Below, piece by piece: positions 49,432-59,374 of a DNA stretch of 64,000 bases. A program made the position numbers and the translations under genes. Origin of the DNA: Candidatus Omnitrophota bacterium (lineage in GTDB: Bacteria > Omnitrophota > Gorgyraeia > B26-G9); assembly GCA_043805415.1 (NCBI GenBank), contig JAZDHZ010000002.1, positions 15,773 to 79,772 on the forward strand. Direction: 5' to 3'. The stretch's first letter is position 1, and each line of letters starts with the position of its first letter. The notes beneath the pieces are model-generated. The model was not told where the DNA came from. It ran no database searches and saw nothing but the letters and a program-made list of their open reading frames with translations.

Positions 49432-49518
49432 CACTTCAGGTGATTTGATTGAAAAGTCAGATCTATATTGAGGATCTGATTGTAGTTAAATCATAGGGCA
49501 TTAAAGGAGATAAAAACA

Positions 49519-49761
49519 ATGAGTACGAAAAAAGGACAAGGCGCTAGCCGAAATGGTAGAGATAGTAATTCAAAACGTTTAGGTTTAAAACGTTCTGGCG
49601 GACAACCAGTTACAGCGGGTTGTATTTTAGTTAGACAGTGCGGTCAAAAAATCAAACCAGGCAAGAATGTTGGTATGGGCAGAGATTATACTTTATATGC
49701 TGAGGTTGACGGTAAAGTTTGTTTTCCTAAACCAAAAGTCATCAGTGTTGACGCAAATTAA
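49519..49761 (+). CDS. rpmA: 50S ribosomal protein L27
   Basis: [34 protein letters not shown]. Confidence 0.96.
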   Translation: MSTKKGQGASRNGRDSNSKRLGLKRSGGQPVTAGCILVRQCGQKIKPGKNVGMGRDYTLYAEVDGKVCFPKPKVISVDAN

Positions 49762-49777
49762 GATTGGTTGATGGGTC

Positions 49778-50764
49778 ATGTTTGTTGACCGAGCTAAAAT
49801 TTATGTTCAGGCTGGAGACGGTGGAAAAGGCTGTGAGAGCGAATATTACAAAAAAGGCTGGCGTCACGCTCGTAGAGATGGCGGCGATGGTGGCCATGGC
49901 GGATCAATCATAGTAAGATCTGATGTAAATATTCATACTTTGCTTGATTATCGCTATCGACAACACTTTAAGGCCCCATCAGGTAAACATGGAGGCAGCA
50001 ATAATAAAAGAGGAGCCGATGCTCCTGATTCTATTATTCTTGTGCCACCTGGAACTATTATCCGCGATGTTGATACCGGATGTTTGATTCGAGATTTAGA
50101 TAAGCCTAATGAGCAGGTTATTGTAGTCCGGGGTGGAACAGGCGGTGTCGGAAACTTTAAAAGATTCCAAGCCACTCAGGGCAGCCCTGGCGAGCAGGTT
50201 AGAATAAGTTTGGAACTGAAATTAATCGCGGATATTGGTTTAATCGGCTATCCCAATGCCGGAAAATCTTCTTTTATAAATAAAATTTCTAAGGCAAACT
50301 CAAAAGTTGCTCATTTCCCATTTACTACCTTAAGTCCAGTGCTTGGGGTTGTCAATTCAGCTTCTTCTGAATCCAGGCTGGTTGTGGCGGATATTCCTGG
50401 AATCATTAAAGACGCGCATCAAGGTAAAGGCTTGGGTATTGAATTTCTTCGTCATATTGAACGGACAAAAATATTACTGTTTGTGATTGACATGGCTGGG
50501 ATTGACGGCCGCGACCCGATTATGGATTACGCGGATCTTTTAAATGAATTGCAATCATATGATCATCTGTTGTTAAAAAGACCGCAATTAATAATTGCTA
50601 ATAAGATGGACCTAGAACAAGCAAAAGAAAATTTGACAAAGTTTAAAAAAGCAATAAGAAAAATAGTTTATCCAGTCTCTTGTTTGGAGTCACTAGGAAT
50701 CGAAAAAGTAAAAGAGGCTTTGTTTAAAAAACTGGCAAAATTTAAGAAAGAAAAAAGTGATTAA
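49778..50764 (+). CDS. obgE: GTPase ObgE/CgtA
   Basis: MFVDRAKI, Gly-rich Obg fold, GYPNAGKS, FTT, DIPG, FLRHIER, NKMD. Confidence 0.95.
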   Translation: MFVDRAKIYVQAGDGGKGCESEYYKKGWRHARRDGGDGGHGGSIIVRSDVNIHTLLDYRYRQHFKAPSGKHGGSNNKRGADAPDSIILVPPGTIIRDVDTGCLIRDLDKPNEQVIVVRGGTGGVGNFKRFQATQGSPGEQVRISLELKLIADIGLIGYPNAGKSSFINKISKANSKVAHFPFTTLSPVLGVVNSASSESRLVVADIPGIIKDAHQGKGLGIEFLRHIERTKILLFVIDMAGIDGRDPIMDYADLLNELQSYDHLLLKRPQLIIANKMDLEQAKENLTKFKKAIRKIVYPVSCLESLGIEKVKEALFKKLAKFKKEKSD

Positions 50765-51860
50765 CCTGGAAAAAAACTCAAGAATAGTGATTAAAGTCGG
50801 CTCAAGTATTCTGGTTGATGATTCTGGTAAGCTGGATATGGCTAAATTAGGATCAATTACGACTATAGTCAGCGGCTTAAAAAAAAACGGCTACAATGTT
50901 GTGCTGGTTTCTTCCGGGGCGATTGCTTGCGGAATGGAAAAACTGGGGTATACCCATAGACCCCAAACCATAGCGGAATCTTCATGTGCCGCAGCCATTG
51001 GGCAGAGTCTGCTGATGTTTGCTTATGAACAGTTATTTCGCAAAGCCGGACTTATCTGCGCGCAAATCCTCTTGACTTCCGATTGTCTGGACAAAAGAGA
51101 TAGATATTTAAACGCCCGGACTACAATTTTACATCTGCTGGAAAAGGGCAATGTTGTGCCGATTGTCAATGAAAATGACGCGGTTGTAACTGATGAGATC
51201 CGCTTTGGCGATAATGATAAACTTTCCGCTCAGGTCGCGGTTTTGATTGACGCGCAGCTTTTGGTAATCCTTTCTGATGTCGATGGGGTTTATGATGAAA
51301 AGGGAAAAGTAATTGATCAGATCGCGGAGATTGATTCCTGTATTGAAAAATTAGCCGGTGATACATCTCGGCAAACCAGTACCGGCGGAATGATTACTAA
51401 ATTTGAAGCAGCGAAAATCGCGGCTAATGCCGGAATTTTGATGGTAATCGGTAATGGCAAAAATATTGATCTTGTGCAAAACATTGTTGATGCCAAGCAG
51501 GTGGGAACATGGTTTATCCCGAAAAAAGATAAAATTTCCGGGAAGAAAAAATGGATCGCGTTTAGCTGTAAGAATTGCGGTAAAATTATTGTTGATGATG
51601 GGGCAAAAAAAGCGCTAATTGAAAAGAAAACAAGTTTGCTGGCAATCGGGATTGTCGCGATTGAAGGAAAATTTTCTTTTGGTGATTTGGTGGTTATTTT
51701 TGATCAAAATGCTAATGAAATAGCGCGGGGTTTAACCAATTATTCCAGTGATGAATTAGCAAAGATTAAAAAAGTTAAAACCGCGGACATTGAAAATATT
51801 TTGGGCTATAAGTCTTATGATGAGGTTATTGACCGAGATAATCTGGTTGTGGTTAAATAA
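50757..51860 (+). CDS. proB: Glutamate 5-kinase with PUA domain
   Basis: VIKVGSS, VSSGA, AAIGQ, NEND, GDND, TGGMITK. Confidence 0.96.
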   Translation: MINLEKNSRIVIKVGSSILVDDSGKLDMAKLGSITTIVSGLKKNGYNVVLVSSGAIACGMEKLGYTHRPQTIAESSCAAAIGQSLLMFAYEQLFRKAGLICAQILLTSDCLDKRDRYLNARTTILHLLEKGNVVPIVNENDAVVTDEIRFGDNDKLSAQVAVLIDAQLLVILSDVDGVYDEKGKVIDQIAEIDSCIEKLAGDTSRQTSTGGMITKFEAAKIAANAGILMVIGNGKNIDLVQNIVDAKQVGTWFIPKKDKISGKKKWIAFSCKNCGKIIVDDGAKKALIEKKTSLLAIGIVAIEGKFSFGDLVVIFDQNANEIARGLTNYSSDELAKIKKVKTADIENILGYKSYDEVIDRDNLVVVK

Positions 51861-51897
51861 TCTAGGATTGATTTAATGATCAATTACTTAAAAAGAA

Positions 51898-53169
51898 ATG
51901 CAGGAGGATTTAATGTCTTTACAGTCTGAGCTTATAACTATCGCTAAGCAGGCGCAAAAGGCAGCCCGATTCCTAAGTGTTGTTTCTACCGCAGAAAAAA
52001 ATAAAGCGCTTAAGGCCATGGCCCAGGGATTGCTTAAAAACAGCAAAGCAATCATTATGGCGAATAAAAATGATATCCAATCCGCAAAAAAGGAAAATCG
52101 AAATTCCGCTTTTATTGATCGGCTCACTCTTAGCCAATCAGGAATAAAAAAAATGAGCGAAGATCTGTTGAGTGTAGCAGATTTAGCTGATCCAATATCT
52201 GCGGTTATTAAGACTTGGCAAAGACCAAATGGATTGGTTCTGAGCAAAGTTAGAGTTCCTTTGGGAGTGATCGGCATAATTTATGAATCTCGTCCGAATG
52301 TTACCAGCGACTGCGCGGGTTTGTGCTTAAAAACCGGCAATGCGGTTATCCTGCGCGGCGGCAAAGAGTCGTTTCATTCAAATCTGGCTATTTACAAAGT
52401 AATCTCCAGCGCTTTGGTTAAAGTTAATTTCCCCCAGGGGTGTATTAACCTAATTCAAACAACTGACCGTCAAGCCGTAAGCGAGATGCTTAAACTTAAT
52501 GATTATATTGATCTGATAATTCCCCGGGGAGGAGAATCTTTGATTCGCAGTGTTGTGGAAAATTCGCGGATTCCGGTGATAAAACATTATAAAGGGATCT
52601 GTCATACATATATTGATAAGTATGCTGATTTTACCATGGCGCAGGAAGTTGCTTTTAATGCCAAAGTGCAAAGGCCTTCTACTTGTAATGCCATGGAATG
52701 TTTACTTGTGCATTCGGCGATCGCGGAGAAATTTTTGCCGCAGATGATCAAACGCCTGCAAACAGCCGGAGTGGAAATCAGAGGCTGTGAAAAAACAGTT
52801 AAGCTTATTCCCGGAATAAAGCTGGCCAGCAAGCAGGATTATGCTACTGAGTATCTGGATTTAATTCTGAACGTGAAAATTGTTAGTTCCCTGAAGCAGG
52901 CAATTGAGCATATTACTAAATACGGCAGCAAGCATTCTGAGGCGATTATCACCGAGAACTTACGCAATGGCATGAACTTTCAAAAATCAGTTGACGCGGC
53001 CTGTGTTTATTTAAATGCCTCTACCCGTTTTACTGACGGCAATCAGTTTGGTTTAGGCGCGGAAATCGGGGTCAGTACTGATAAACTGCACGCGCGCGGA
53101 CCAATGGGGCTTGAAGAGCTGACAACCTATAAATATATCATAATGGGTAATGGACAAATCCGGACCTAA
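51898..53169 (+). CDS. proA: Gamma-glutamyl phosphate reductase
   Basis: PLGVIGIIYESRPNVT, ILRGGKE, CNAME, NASTRFTDG, HARGPMGL. Confidence 0.97.
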   Translation: MQEDLMSLQSELITIAKQAQKAARFLSVVSTAEKNKALKAMAQGLLKNSKAIIMANKNDIQSAKKENRNSAFIDRLTLSQSGIKKMSEDLLSVADLADPISAVIKTWQRPNGLVLSKVRVPLGVIGIIYESRPNVTSDCAGLCLKTGNAVILRGGKESFHSNLAIYKVISSALVKVNFPQGCINLIQTTDRQAVSEMLKLNDYIDLIIPRGGESLIRSVVENSRIPVIKHYKGICHTYIDKYADFTMAQEVAFNAKVQRPSTCNAMECLLVHSAIAEKFLPQMIKRLQTAGVEIRGCEKTVKLIPGIKLASKQDYATEYLDLILNVKIVSSLKQAIEHITKYGSKHSEAIITENLRNGMNFQKSVDAACVYLNASTRFTDGNQFGLGAEIGVSTDKLHARGPMGLEELTTYKYIIMGNGQIRT

Positions 53170-53746
53170 AAAACGTATTGGAATTCTTGGGGGCACATTT
53201 AACCCTGTTCATTTTGGGCACTTGGCTATTGCTGCTGCTGCCAAGGAACAGGCAAAACTTGATCTGGTAATTTTTATTCCAGCGCGTGTTCCTCCGCATA
53301 AGAACCCTCAAAATTTAATTGATTCAAAACTGCGTTATGAAATGACACAGTTGGCAATAAGCGATAATAAAGAGTATACGATCAGTAATATTGAAATTAA
53401 GAAAGAAACAGTTTCTTATTCAGTTGAGACGCTAAAGCAGATTAAAAAAATATATCCGCAGGCAGAAATATTTTTTATTATCGGTTCAGATTCCGTGCCG
53501 GAATTAAAAACCTGGCGCTTGATCAATGAAATCTTTAAACTTTGCTGTTTTATCGTGGCAAAACGTCCTGATTTTGAGCGATTTGATAATTCTGATTTGC
53601 CAAATAGCGCGGTAATCCTAAACGGGATTTATCCGAATATTTCAAGTACTCGGATTCGAGAGCTTTTAAAACAGGGTTTAGCGGTTGAGGATCTTGTCCC
53701 AGAGCCAGTGATTAAGTATATTAAAGAAAATAAACTGTATAAATGA
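53150..53746 (+). CDS. nadD: Nicotinate-nucleotide adenylyltransferase
   Basis: GGTFNPVHFGH, PPHK, IIGSD, ISSTRIRE. Confidence 0.95.
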   Translation: MDKSGPKKRIGILGGTFNPVHFGHLAIAAAAKEQAKLDLVIFIPARVPPHKNPQNLIDSKLRYEMTQLAISDNKEYTISNIEIKKETVSYSVETLKQIKKIYPQAEIFFIIGSDSVPELKTWRLINEIFKLCCFIVAKRPDFERFDNSDLPNSAVILNGIYPNISSTRIRELLKQGLAVEDLVPEPVIKYIKENKLYK

Positions 53747-53777
53747 AAAATAAAATCAAACGAAACGAATAGATAAA

Positions 53778-54782
53778 ATGGATACGCATCTTACTTATAT
53801 ATTGCCTGTGATCTTAATTATTTTAGTTGCTTTTTCCGCTTTCTTCGCGATGTCGGAAGTTGCGTTTGTCAGCCTGAATAAGTTAAGATTGCGTTATCTG
53901 CTTAGTCAGAACCGAAAAAATGCCACAGATGTTCATCGGGTGGTGAATAAAATGGATAAGCTGATTACCACAATCCTCGTGGGTAATAATTTTGTAAATA
54001 TCGCGATTTCCGCGATTGGTACGGCAATTTTTATTAAAATTCACGGCAATAATTTCAGCTCTATCGCGATATCAACGCTAATCGTTACTTTTGTGGTTTT
54101 ATTTGCCGGAGAAATTACACCGAAACTGTTTGCGGTTAAGCATGCGGAAGAAGTTGCTTTGCGCGTTGCCTGGTTAATGGATTTGATCATCAATCTTCTT
54201 TCTCCGATTGTCAGAGTGTTTTTGGAGGGCAGTAATCTGTTTTTAAAGCTATTGGGTGAGCCGCCGTCAAAACGTTCTCCGCTGGTTAGTGAAGAAGAAA
54301 TCCGGCTGATGATCGAGTTGGGCAAAGAAGAGGGTGTGTTGACTGATCGGGAAAGAAGCATGCTGCATCGCATCTTTGAGTTTGGCGATACTCTGGTCTA
54401 TGAAGTGATGATGCCGGTTGATAAAGTTGTCGCGATTGATATAAATTCTACAGCCGATGATATTCTGGATGTGATTGTGGAAGAAGGGCACTCGCGTATT
54501 CCGGTATATGCTGGAGATATAAATAATATCGTCGGGGTGATTTATGCCCGAGAGCTGCTGACTATCTGGAGAAATAAAGATCTGATAATAATCCGCGATT
54601 TATTACATCCGCCGTTTATTGTAAAAACCCGGATGAGAGTAAGTCAGCTTTTGCATGAATTTCAAAGAATTCATATTTATATGGCGATTGTTAAGGATGA
54701 AAAAAATGATACCCAGGGCTTGGTGACTTTAGAAGATCTTATCGAGGAAATAGTGGGTGAAATCGAAGGGGATGTAAGTTAA
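53778..54782 (+). CDS. CNNM/DUF21 + CBS-pair membrane protein (HlyC/CorC/TlyC family), lacking the C-terminal CorC domain
   Basis: SAFFAMSEVA, ILVGNN, GEITPK, HSRIPVY; ends right after TLEDLIEEIVGEI. Confidence 0.92.
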   Translation: MDTHLTYILPVILIILVAFSAFFAMSEVAFVSLNKLRLRYLLSQNRKNATDVHRVVNKMDKLITTILVGNNFVNIAISAIGTAIFIKIHGNNFSSIAISTLIVTFVVLFAGEITPKLFAVKHAEEVALRVAWLMDLIINLLSPIVRVFLEGSNLFLKLLGEPPSKRSPLVSEEEIRLMIELGKEEGVLTDRERSMLHRIFEFGDTLVYEVMMPVDKVVAIDINSTADDILDVIVEEGHSRIPVYAGDINNIVGVIYARELLTIWRNKDLIIIRDLLHPPFIVKTRMRVSQLLHEFQRIHIYMAIVKDEKNDTQGLVTLEDLIEEIVGEIEGDVS

Positions 54783-54827
54783 TTTACATTGTGATTAATT
54801 AAATTTTAAATAGGAGCTGGATTTATT

Positions 54828-55184
54828 TTGAAAGACAAAGTATTGAGAATTGTTGAACTGGCAGAGGAAGTAAAAGCCGATGATATTGTTGTTTTAGATC
54901 TACGTAAAATATGTAATTTTTGTGATTATTTTGTGATTTGTACTGGAACTTCTTCAACTCACGTCAAAGGGATCGCGGATCAAATAAATGCCCGGTTAAA
55001 GGAATGTGGTTTTACTACGAATCCGCGGGCAAGTTATCAAGAATCCCGCTGGATAGTATTGGATTATGCCAGTGTAATGGTGCATGTTTTTGATCAGGAA
55101 GCTCGGGAATTTTATGACTTAGAAAATCTTTGGGCCCAAGCGAAAAAAATGAATTTAAAGAAAAAGGAGAAAAAAAAGAAATAA
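54828..55184 (+). CDS. rsfS: Ribosome silencing factor
   Basis: KADDIVVLDL, DYFVICTG, WIVLDY, VHVF...REFYDLENLW. Confidence 0.93.
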   Translation: MKDKVLRIVELAEEVKADDIVVLDLRKICNFCDYFVICTGTSSTHVKGIADQINARLKECGFTTNPRASYQESRWIVLDYASVMVHVFDQEAREFYDLENLWAQAKKMNLKKKEKKKK

Positions 55185-55907
55185 ATGGATTTATTGACTT
55201 ATATTTTACCCATTGTGACTTTTTTTGTTGGTAGTTTTATCGGATATCGGATCTATCGCAAAGAAGAGCGGCTTAGACATCGCCGTGTCTGGAGCCGAAT
55301 TGAGCGGCGTAATGTTATGCGGACAATAAATTCACTTGTTTCGGCTATTGATTTTAAAGATAAACAGACAAGAAACCACTCGGATAATGTAAGGCATTAT
55401 GCGGTAGCGATTGCTAAGGCAATGGGGCTATCTCAATCCCAAATCGATACAATAAAAGAAGCGTGTCAAGTCCATGATCTTGGAAAAATCGGAGTGCATG
55501 ATAATATCCTGACTAAGCCGGGAAAACTTACGGAACAAGAGTTTAAGGAAATGAAATTACATTCCTTAGCCGGGGCGGTAATTTTAAAGCCGTTTCATTT
55601 CCTGGATAAAGTTGTATTAATCGTCAGGCAGCATCATGAACGTTATGACGGCACCGGCTATCCTGATGGAATTAAAGCGGAAAAAATTGATATTGGGGCT
55701 AGGATAATGTCAGTGGCTGATAGTTTTGACGCGATGACCAGCAAGCGTCCGTATCGTAATCCGATTAGTAAGGAGGATGCTTTGGCTGAACTGCAAAACT
55801 TTAGCGGTACGCAGTTTGATCCTAAGATTGTGGAAGTGTTTATTAAATTGATGAATGAAAGCACGGATTTATTTAAAATTCCAGGAGAACCTTTGGATGG
55901 AGTATGA
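55185..55907 (+). CDS. Membrane-anchored HD-GYP phosphodiesterase
   Basis: N-terminal TM; HS, HDLGK, HHERYDGTGYP, VADSFDAMTSKRPYR, GTQFDP. Confidence 0.92.
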   Translation: MDLLTYILPIVTFFVGSFIGYRIYRKEERLRHRRVWSRIERRNVMRTINSLVSAIDFKDKQTRNHSDNVRHYAVAIAKAMGLSQSQIDTIKEACQVHDLGKIGVHDNILTKPGKLTEQEFKEMKLHSLAGAVILKPFHFLDKVVLIVRQHHERYDGTGYPDGIKAEKIDIGARIMSVADSFDAMTSKRPYRNPISKEDALAELQNFSGTQFDPKIVEVFIKLMNESTDLFKIPGEPLDGV

Positions 55908-57578
55908 TTTAAAAAATATAATTATCCAGTCAATAGAAGAGATTATTAAGGAAAATTCGCTTAGTAATAGAGATATTTTGGTTGAAATCGAAAATCCTAA
56001 AGATCAGCAATTCGGCGATTGGTCAGTTAATACAGCTATGAAACTGGTCAAAGACTGTAAAAAACCGCCTTTGGAAATCGCTAAATTTCTTACTGAAAAA
56101 TTGCCGGAAAAGCTTAAGCAAAAGCAGATACAGGATAAAATTGAAAAAATAGAAATAAAACCACCGGGATTCATAAATATTTTTCTTTCCAAAATGCGAT
56201 GTATGATGTGCTAAAGCTGATTCAGTCCCAAGGAGACAACTTCGGCAAGAGTAGCTTGGGAAAAAAACAAAAAATTTTAATTGAATTTGTCAGTGCTAAT
56301 CCTACAGGGCCTTTGAGTATTGCCCATGCGCGTCAGGCCGCAGTCGGAGAGAGTTTGGCAAGTATTTTGGCTTTTCGCGGTCAGGCTGTATCCAAGGAAT
56401 ATTACATCAATGATGAAGGAAATCAAATAAGAAATCTCGGCTTAAGTCTGCTGTTTAGATATAAAGAAAAATTAGGCAAAACCGATATTGAATTTCCTGA
56501 CCAGGGATATAAAGGCGAATATTTATTTGAACTTGCGCAGAAAATGATTGATGCGGATGGTGATAGGTTTTTAAATGATCAAACAGAGCCAACAATAAAA
56601 AAATTCTCGGATTTTGCCGCCAGTTCTATCTTGCAGGGGATTGAGCAGGAACTTAAATGTTTCGGGGTTGAATTTGATCAATGGTTTAGTCAGAAAGATC
56701 ATATAACCATTGAGAAGGTTACTCAGGTTCTAAATGAATTAAAAACTAAGAATTTGATCTATGAATTAGATGGGGCAACCTGGTTTAAATCAACCCAGTT
56801 CGGAGACGATAAAGACCGGGTGGTGATTAAAAGCGATGGACTGTTTACTTATCTTGCACCGGATATTGCTTATCATAAAATGAAGTTTGATCGCGGTTTT
56901 GACAAGCTTATTGACATCCTCGGTCCTGATCATCATGGGTATATAAACAGAATCAAGGCTTCTGCTTGCGCGCTGGGTCATAATAAAGATGATCTTGAGG
57001 TTTTAATCATTCAATTGGCAACTTTATCTAGAGACGGCCAGCCGGTTAAAATGTCAACCAGAGCCGGTGAATATATTACCTTACGGGAATTAGTTGATGA
57101 AGTTGGCTGTGACGCGGCCAGGTTTTTCTTTTTAATGCGGCGGTGTGATACGCATCTTGATTTTGGTCTTGAGCTTGCTAAAAAACATAGTATGGATAAT
57201 CCGGTTTATTATGTTCAGTATGCTCATGCTCGAATTTGCAGTATTTTTGAGGCGGCAAATCAGTATAAATCTGAACTGGAAAATATTAAGATTAATTACG
57301 CGCTTATTAATGAACCAGAAAGTCTTGATTTGATTCGCCGGCTGAATGCTTTTTCTGATGTTCTGCAATTGTGCGCAATAACCCTAGATCCGCAGGCTTT
57401 GACTACTTACTTAAGAGAACTGGCATCAGAGTTTCATGGTTTTTATAATAAACATCGCGTTTTTGCTGAAGGTCAATGGGAGACTACCAAGGCGCGTTTG
57501 GTTTTAATTGAATGCGTAAAACAGGTTATTTGTACAGGGTTAAAGCTTTTGGGCGTAAGCGCGCCTTTAAAAATGTAG
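55897..57578 (+). CDS. argS: Arginine--tRNA ligase, split by an apparent -1 frameshift near 56180-56198
   Basis: N-terminal part has FGDW..N and PGFINI; downstream frame has EFVSANPTGPLSIAH, EYYIND, KMSTRAG, YVQYAHAR and LGVSAPLKM. Confidence 0.9.
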
Positions 57579-57596
57579 TAATCAGGCGGTGATTGT

Positions 57597-58991
57597 ATGG
57601 AAAACAAATATGATTTAATTGTTTTAGGTTCTGGACCGGGCGGATATGTGGCGGCTTTACGCGCCGCGGCTTTAGGCCAAAGAGTATGTTTAATTGAAAA
57701 AGAGGCTTTGGGCGGAGTATGTCTTAATTGGGGATGCATACCAACAAAGACATTATTAAAAAGCGCTCATTTTTTTAATTCCTTAAAAAAATCCGAGACT
57801 TTTGGCATTAAGCTAAAGCCGGACAGCATTGAGCTTGATTTTCAATCTATTCAGAAAAGAAAACAGGAAATTGTCGATAAACTTAAAAAAGGCATAGAAT
57901 TTTTACTTAAAAAACGCAATGTCAGCATAGTAATCGGACATGGCAAATTTCTCGATAAGAACAGCATTGATGTTGACGGGGAAAAAATATATTTTGATAA
58001 AGCGATTATTGCCACAGGTTCTTATCCCGCGGAATTAAGAGATATTAAATTCGATCATAGTATGGGAATTGTTTCCAACCGCGGAGTGCTGAGCTTTACG
58101 GCTGTGCCGAAAAGCTTGTTGATTATCGGAGGCGGTGTAATCGGCTGCGAATTCGCGGATATTTATTCCGCATTAGGCAGTGAAGTGACGATTGTTGAGT
58201 TTGCCGAACAAATTTTGCCTAATGAAGATAAAGATATCGTCCGTATTTTAGACAGTGTTTTTGAGAAAAGAAAAATCAAAATAATTACCAAGTCTAAAGT
58301 CGATTCGGTTATTCAACAAGCTAATGGCCAAAATCTATTGGCAAAAGTATCCAATGGCCAAGAGCTAAGAGTTGAAAAAGTACTGTTAAGCGTGGGCCGG
58401 ATTCCGAATATTAATAATTGCGGGCTTGATAATCTGGGAATAGAAATACAAGCTGGAAGAATTGTGGTCAATAGTCAGATGCAAACTAGCATAAGTACAA
58501 TTTACGCGATTGGTGATGCTGTGGGACAGAACTTCTTAGCGCATGTTGCCAGTCATCAGGCAATTGTGGCTGCTGAACATATAGCCGGAGCTAATGTCAG
58601 GATGAATTATGATATTATTCCGCGCTGCATTTACACTCATCCTGAAATCGCCAGCGTTGGTAAAACTCAAGAGCAAGCTGAAAAAATGGGAATAAAGATC
58701 AAGCTGGGTAAGTTTCCCTTCAGCGCATCTGGGAGGGCAATGATTGAAGCTGATTCTCCGGGGATGATAAAAATTATTGTTCAAGAAAATAATGATAAGA
58801 TTATCGGCGCAGCTTTATGTGGGCCTATGGCTACTGAACTGATTCATGAAATATGTGTGGCAATGAGCGCTGACTTAAAAATAGGCCAATTGGGAAATAT
58901 AATCCATGCTCATCCCACATTATCGGAATCAATCATGGAAGCAGCGCAAGATGCCGACGCGAATGCGATTCATCTGATAAAACAGCGATAA
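57597..58991 (+). CDS. lpdA: Dihydrolipoyl dehydrogenase
   Basis: GSGPGG, GGVCLNWGCIPTK, GGGVIGCE, HAHPTLSE. Confidence 0.96.
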   Translation: MENKYDLIVLGSGPGGYVAALRAAALGQRVCLIEKEALGGVCLNWGCIPTKTLLKSAHFFNSLKKSETFGIKLKPDSIELDFQSIQKRKQEIVDKLKKGIEFLLKKRNVSIVIGHGKFLDKNSIDVDGEKIYFDKAIIATGSYPAELRDIKFDHSMGIVSNRGVLSFTAVPKSLLIIGGGVIGCEFADIYSALGSEVTIVEFAEQILPNEDKDIVRILDSVFEKRKIKIITKSKVDSVIQQANGQNLLAKVSNGQELRVEKVLLSVGRIPNINNCGLDNLGIEIQAGRIVVNSQMQTSISTIYAIGDAVGQNFLAHVASHQAIVAAEHIAGANVRMNYDIIPRCIYTHPEIASVGKTQEQAEKMGIKIKLGKFPFSASGRAMIEADSPGMIKIIVQENNDKIIGAALCGPMATELIHEICVAMSADLKIGQLGNIIHAHPTLSESIMEAAQDADANAIHLIKQR

Positions 58992-59042
58992 TAGCTAGGC
59001 GAAAAGTTTTAATCAAAAACAATGAAACAATAAAAATGCAGC

Positions 59043-59071
59043 TTGAAAAAAAAGCTTTATCATGTTAGGAT
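59043..59071 (+). promoter_or_regulatory. Putative sigma70 promoter
   Basis: TTGAAA-17 bp-TAGGAT with TGn; overlaps an ATCATGTTA direct repeat. Confidence 0.5.
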
Positions 59072-59133
59072 TAATCATGTTAAGCTGATTAATCCACAGA
59101 TTAAAATAATTTAAATAAACAGGAGGCTATGAA

Positions 59134-59373
59134 ATGCAAGAAATAGTAATGCCGGCTTTAGGAGAGGATATTGAAGAAGCGACGATATCATTTTGGCATG
59201 TTGTACCTGGAGAGCATATTGATAAAGGAGCTGATATTGTAGAAATCACCACAGAAAAAAGCACTTTTAATGTGCCAGCGCCTTGTACCGGTGTTATAAC
59301 TGAGATCATCGCCTTAGAGGGTGAATCTATTCCTGTCGGCGATGTTCTAGCGCGGATGGAGGAGGAGGATTAA
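59134..59373 (+). CDS. Stand-alone lipoyl domain protein
   Basis: MPALGE..EEATI..W, EITTEKSTFNVPAP (lipoyl-Lys turn), GE...VGD; SD AGGAGG. Confidence 0.88.
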   Translation: MQEIVMPALGEDIEEATISFWHVVPGEHIDKGADIVEITTEKSTFNVPAPCTGVITEIIALEGESIPVGDVLARMEEED

Positions 59374-59374
59374 G

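Noticed and set aside
55897-57578. argS as a true pseudogene
   Set aside because: Single lesion, all catalytic motifs intact, and the gene is essential.
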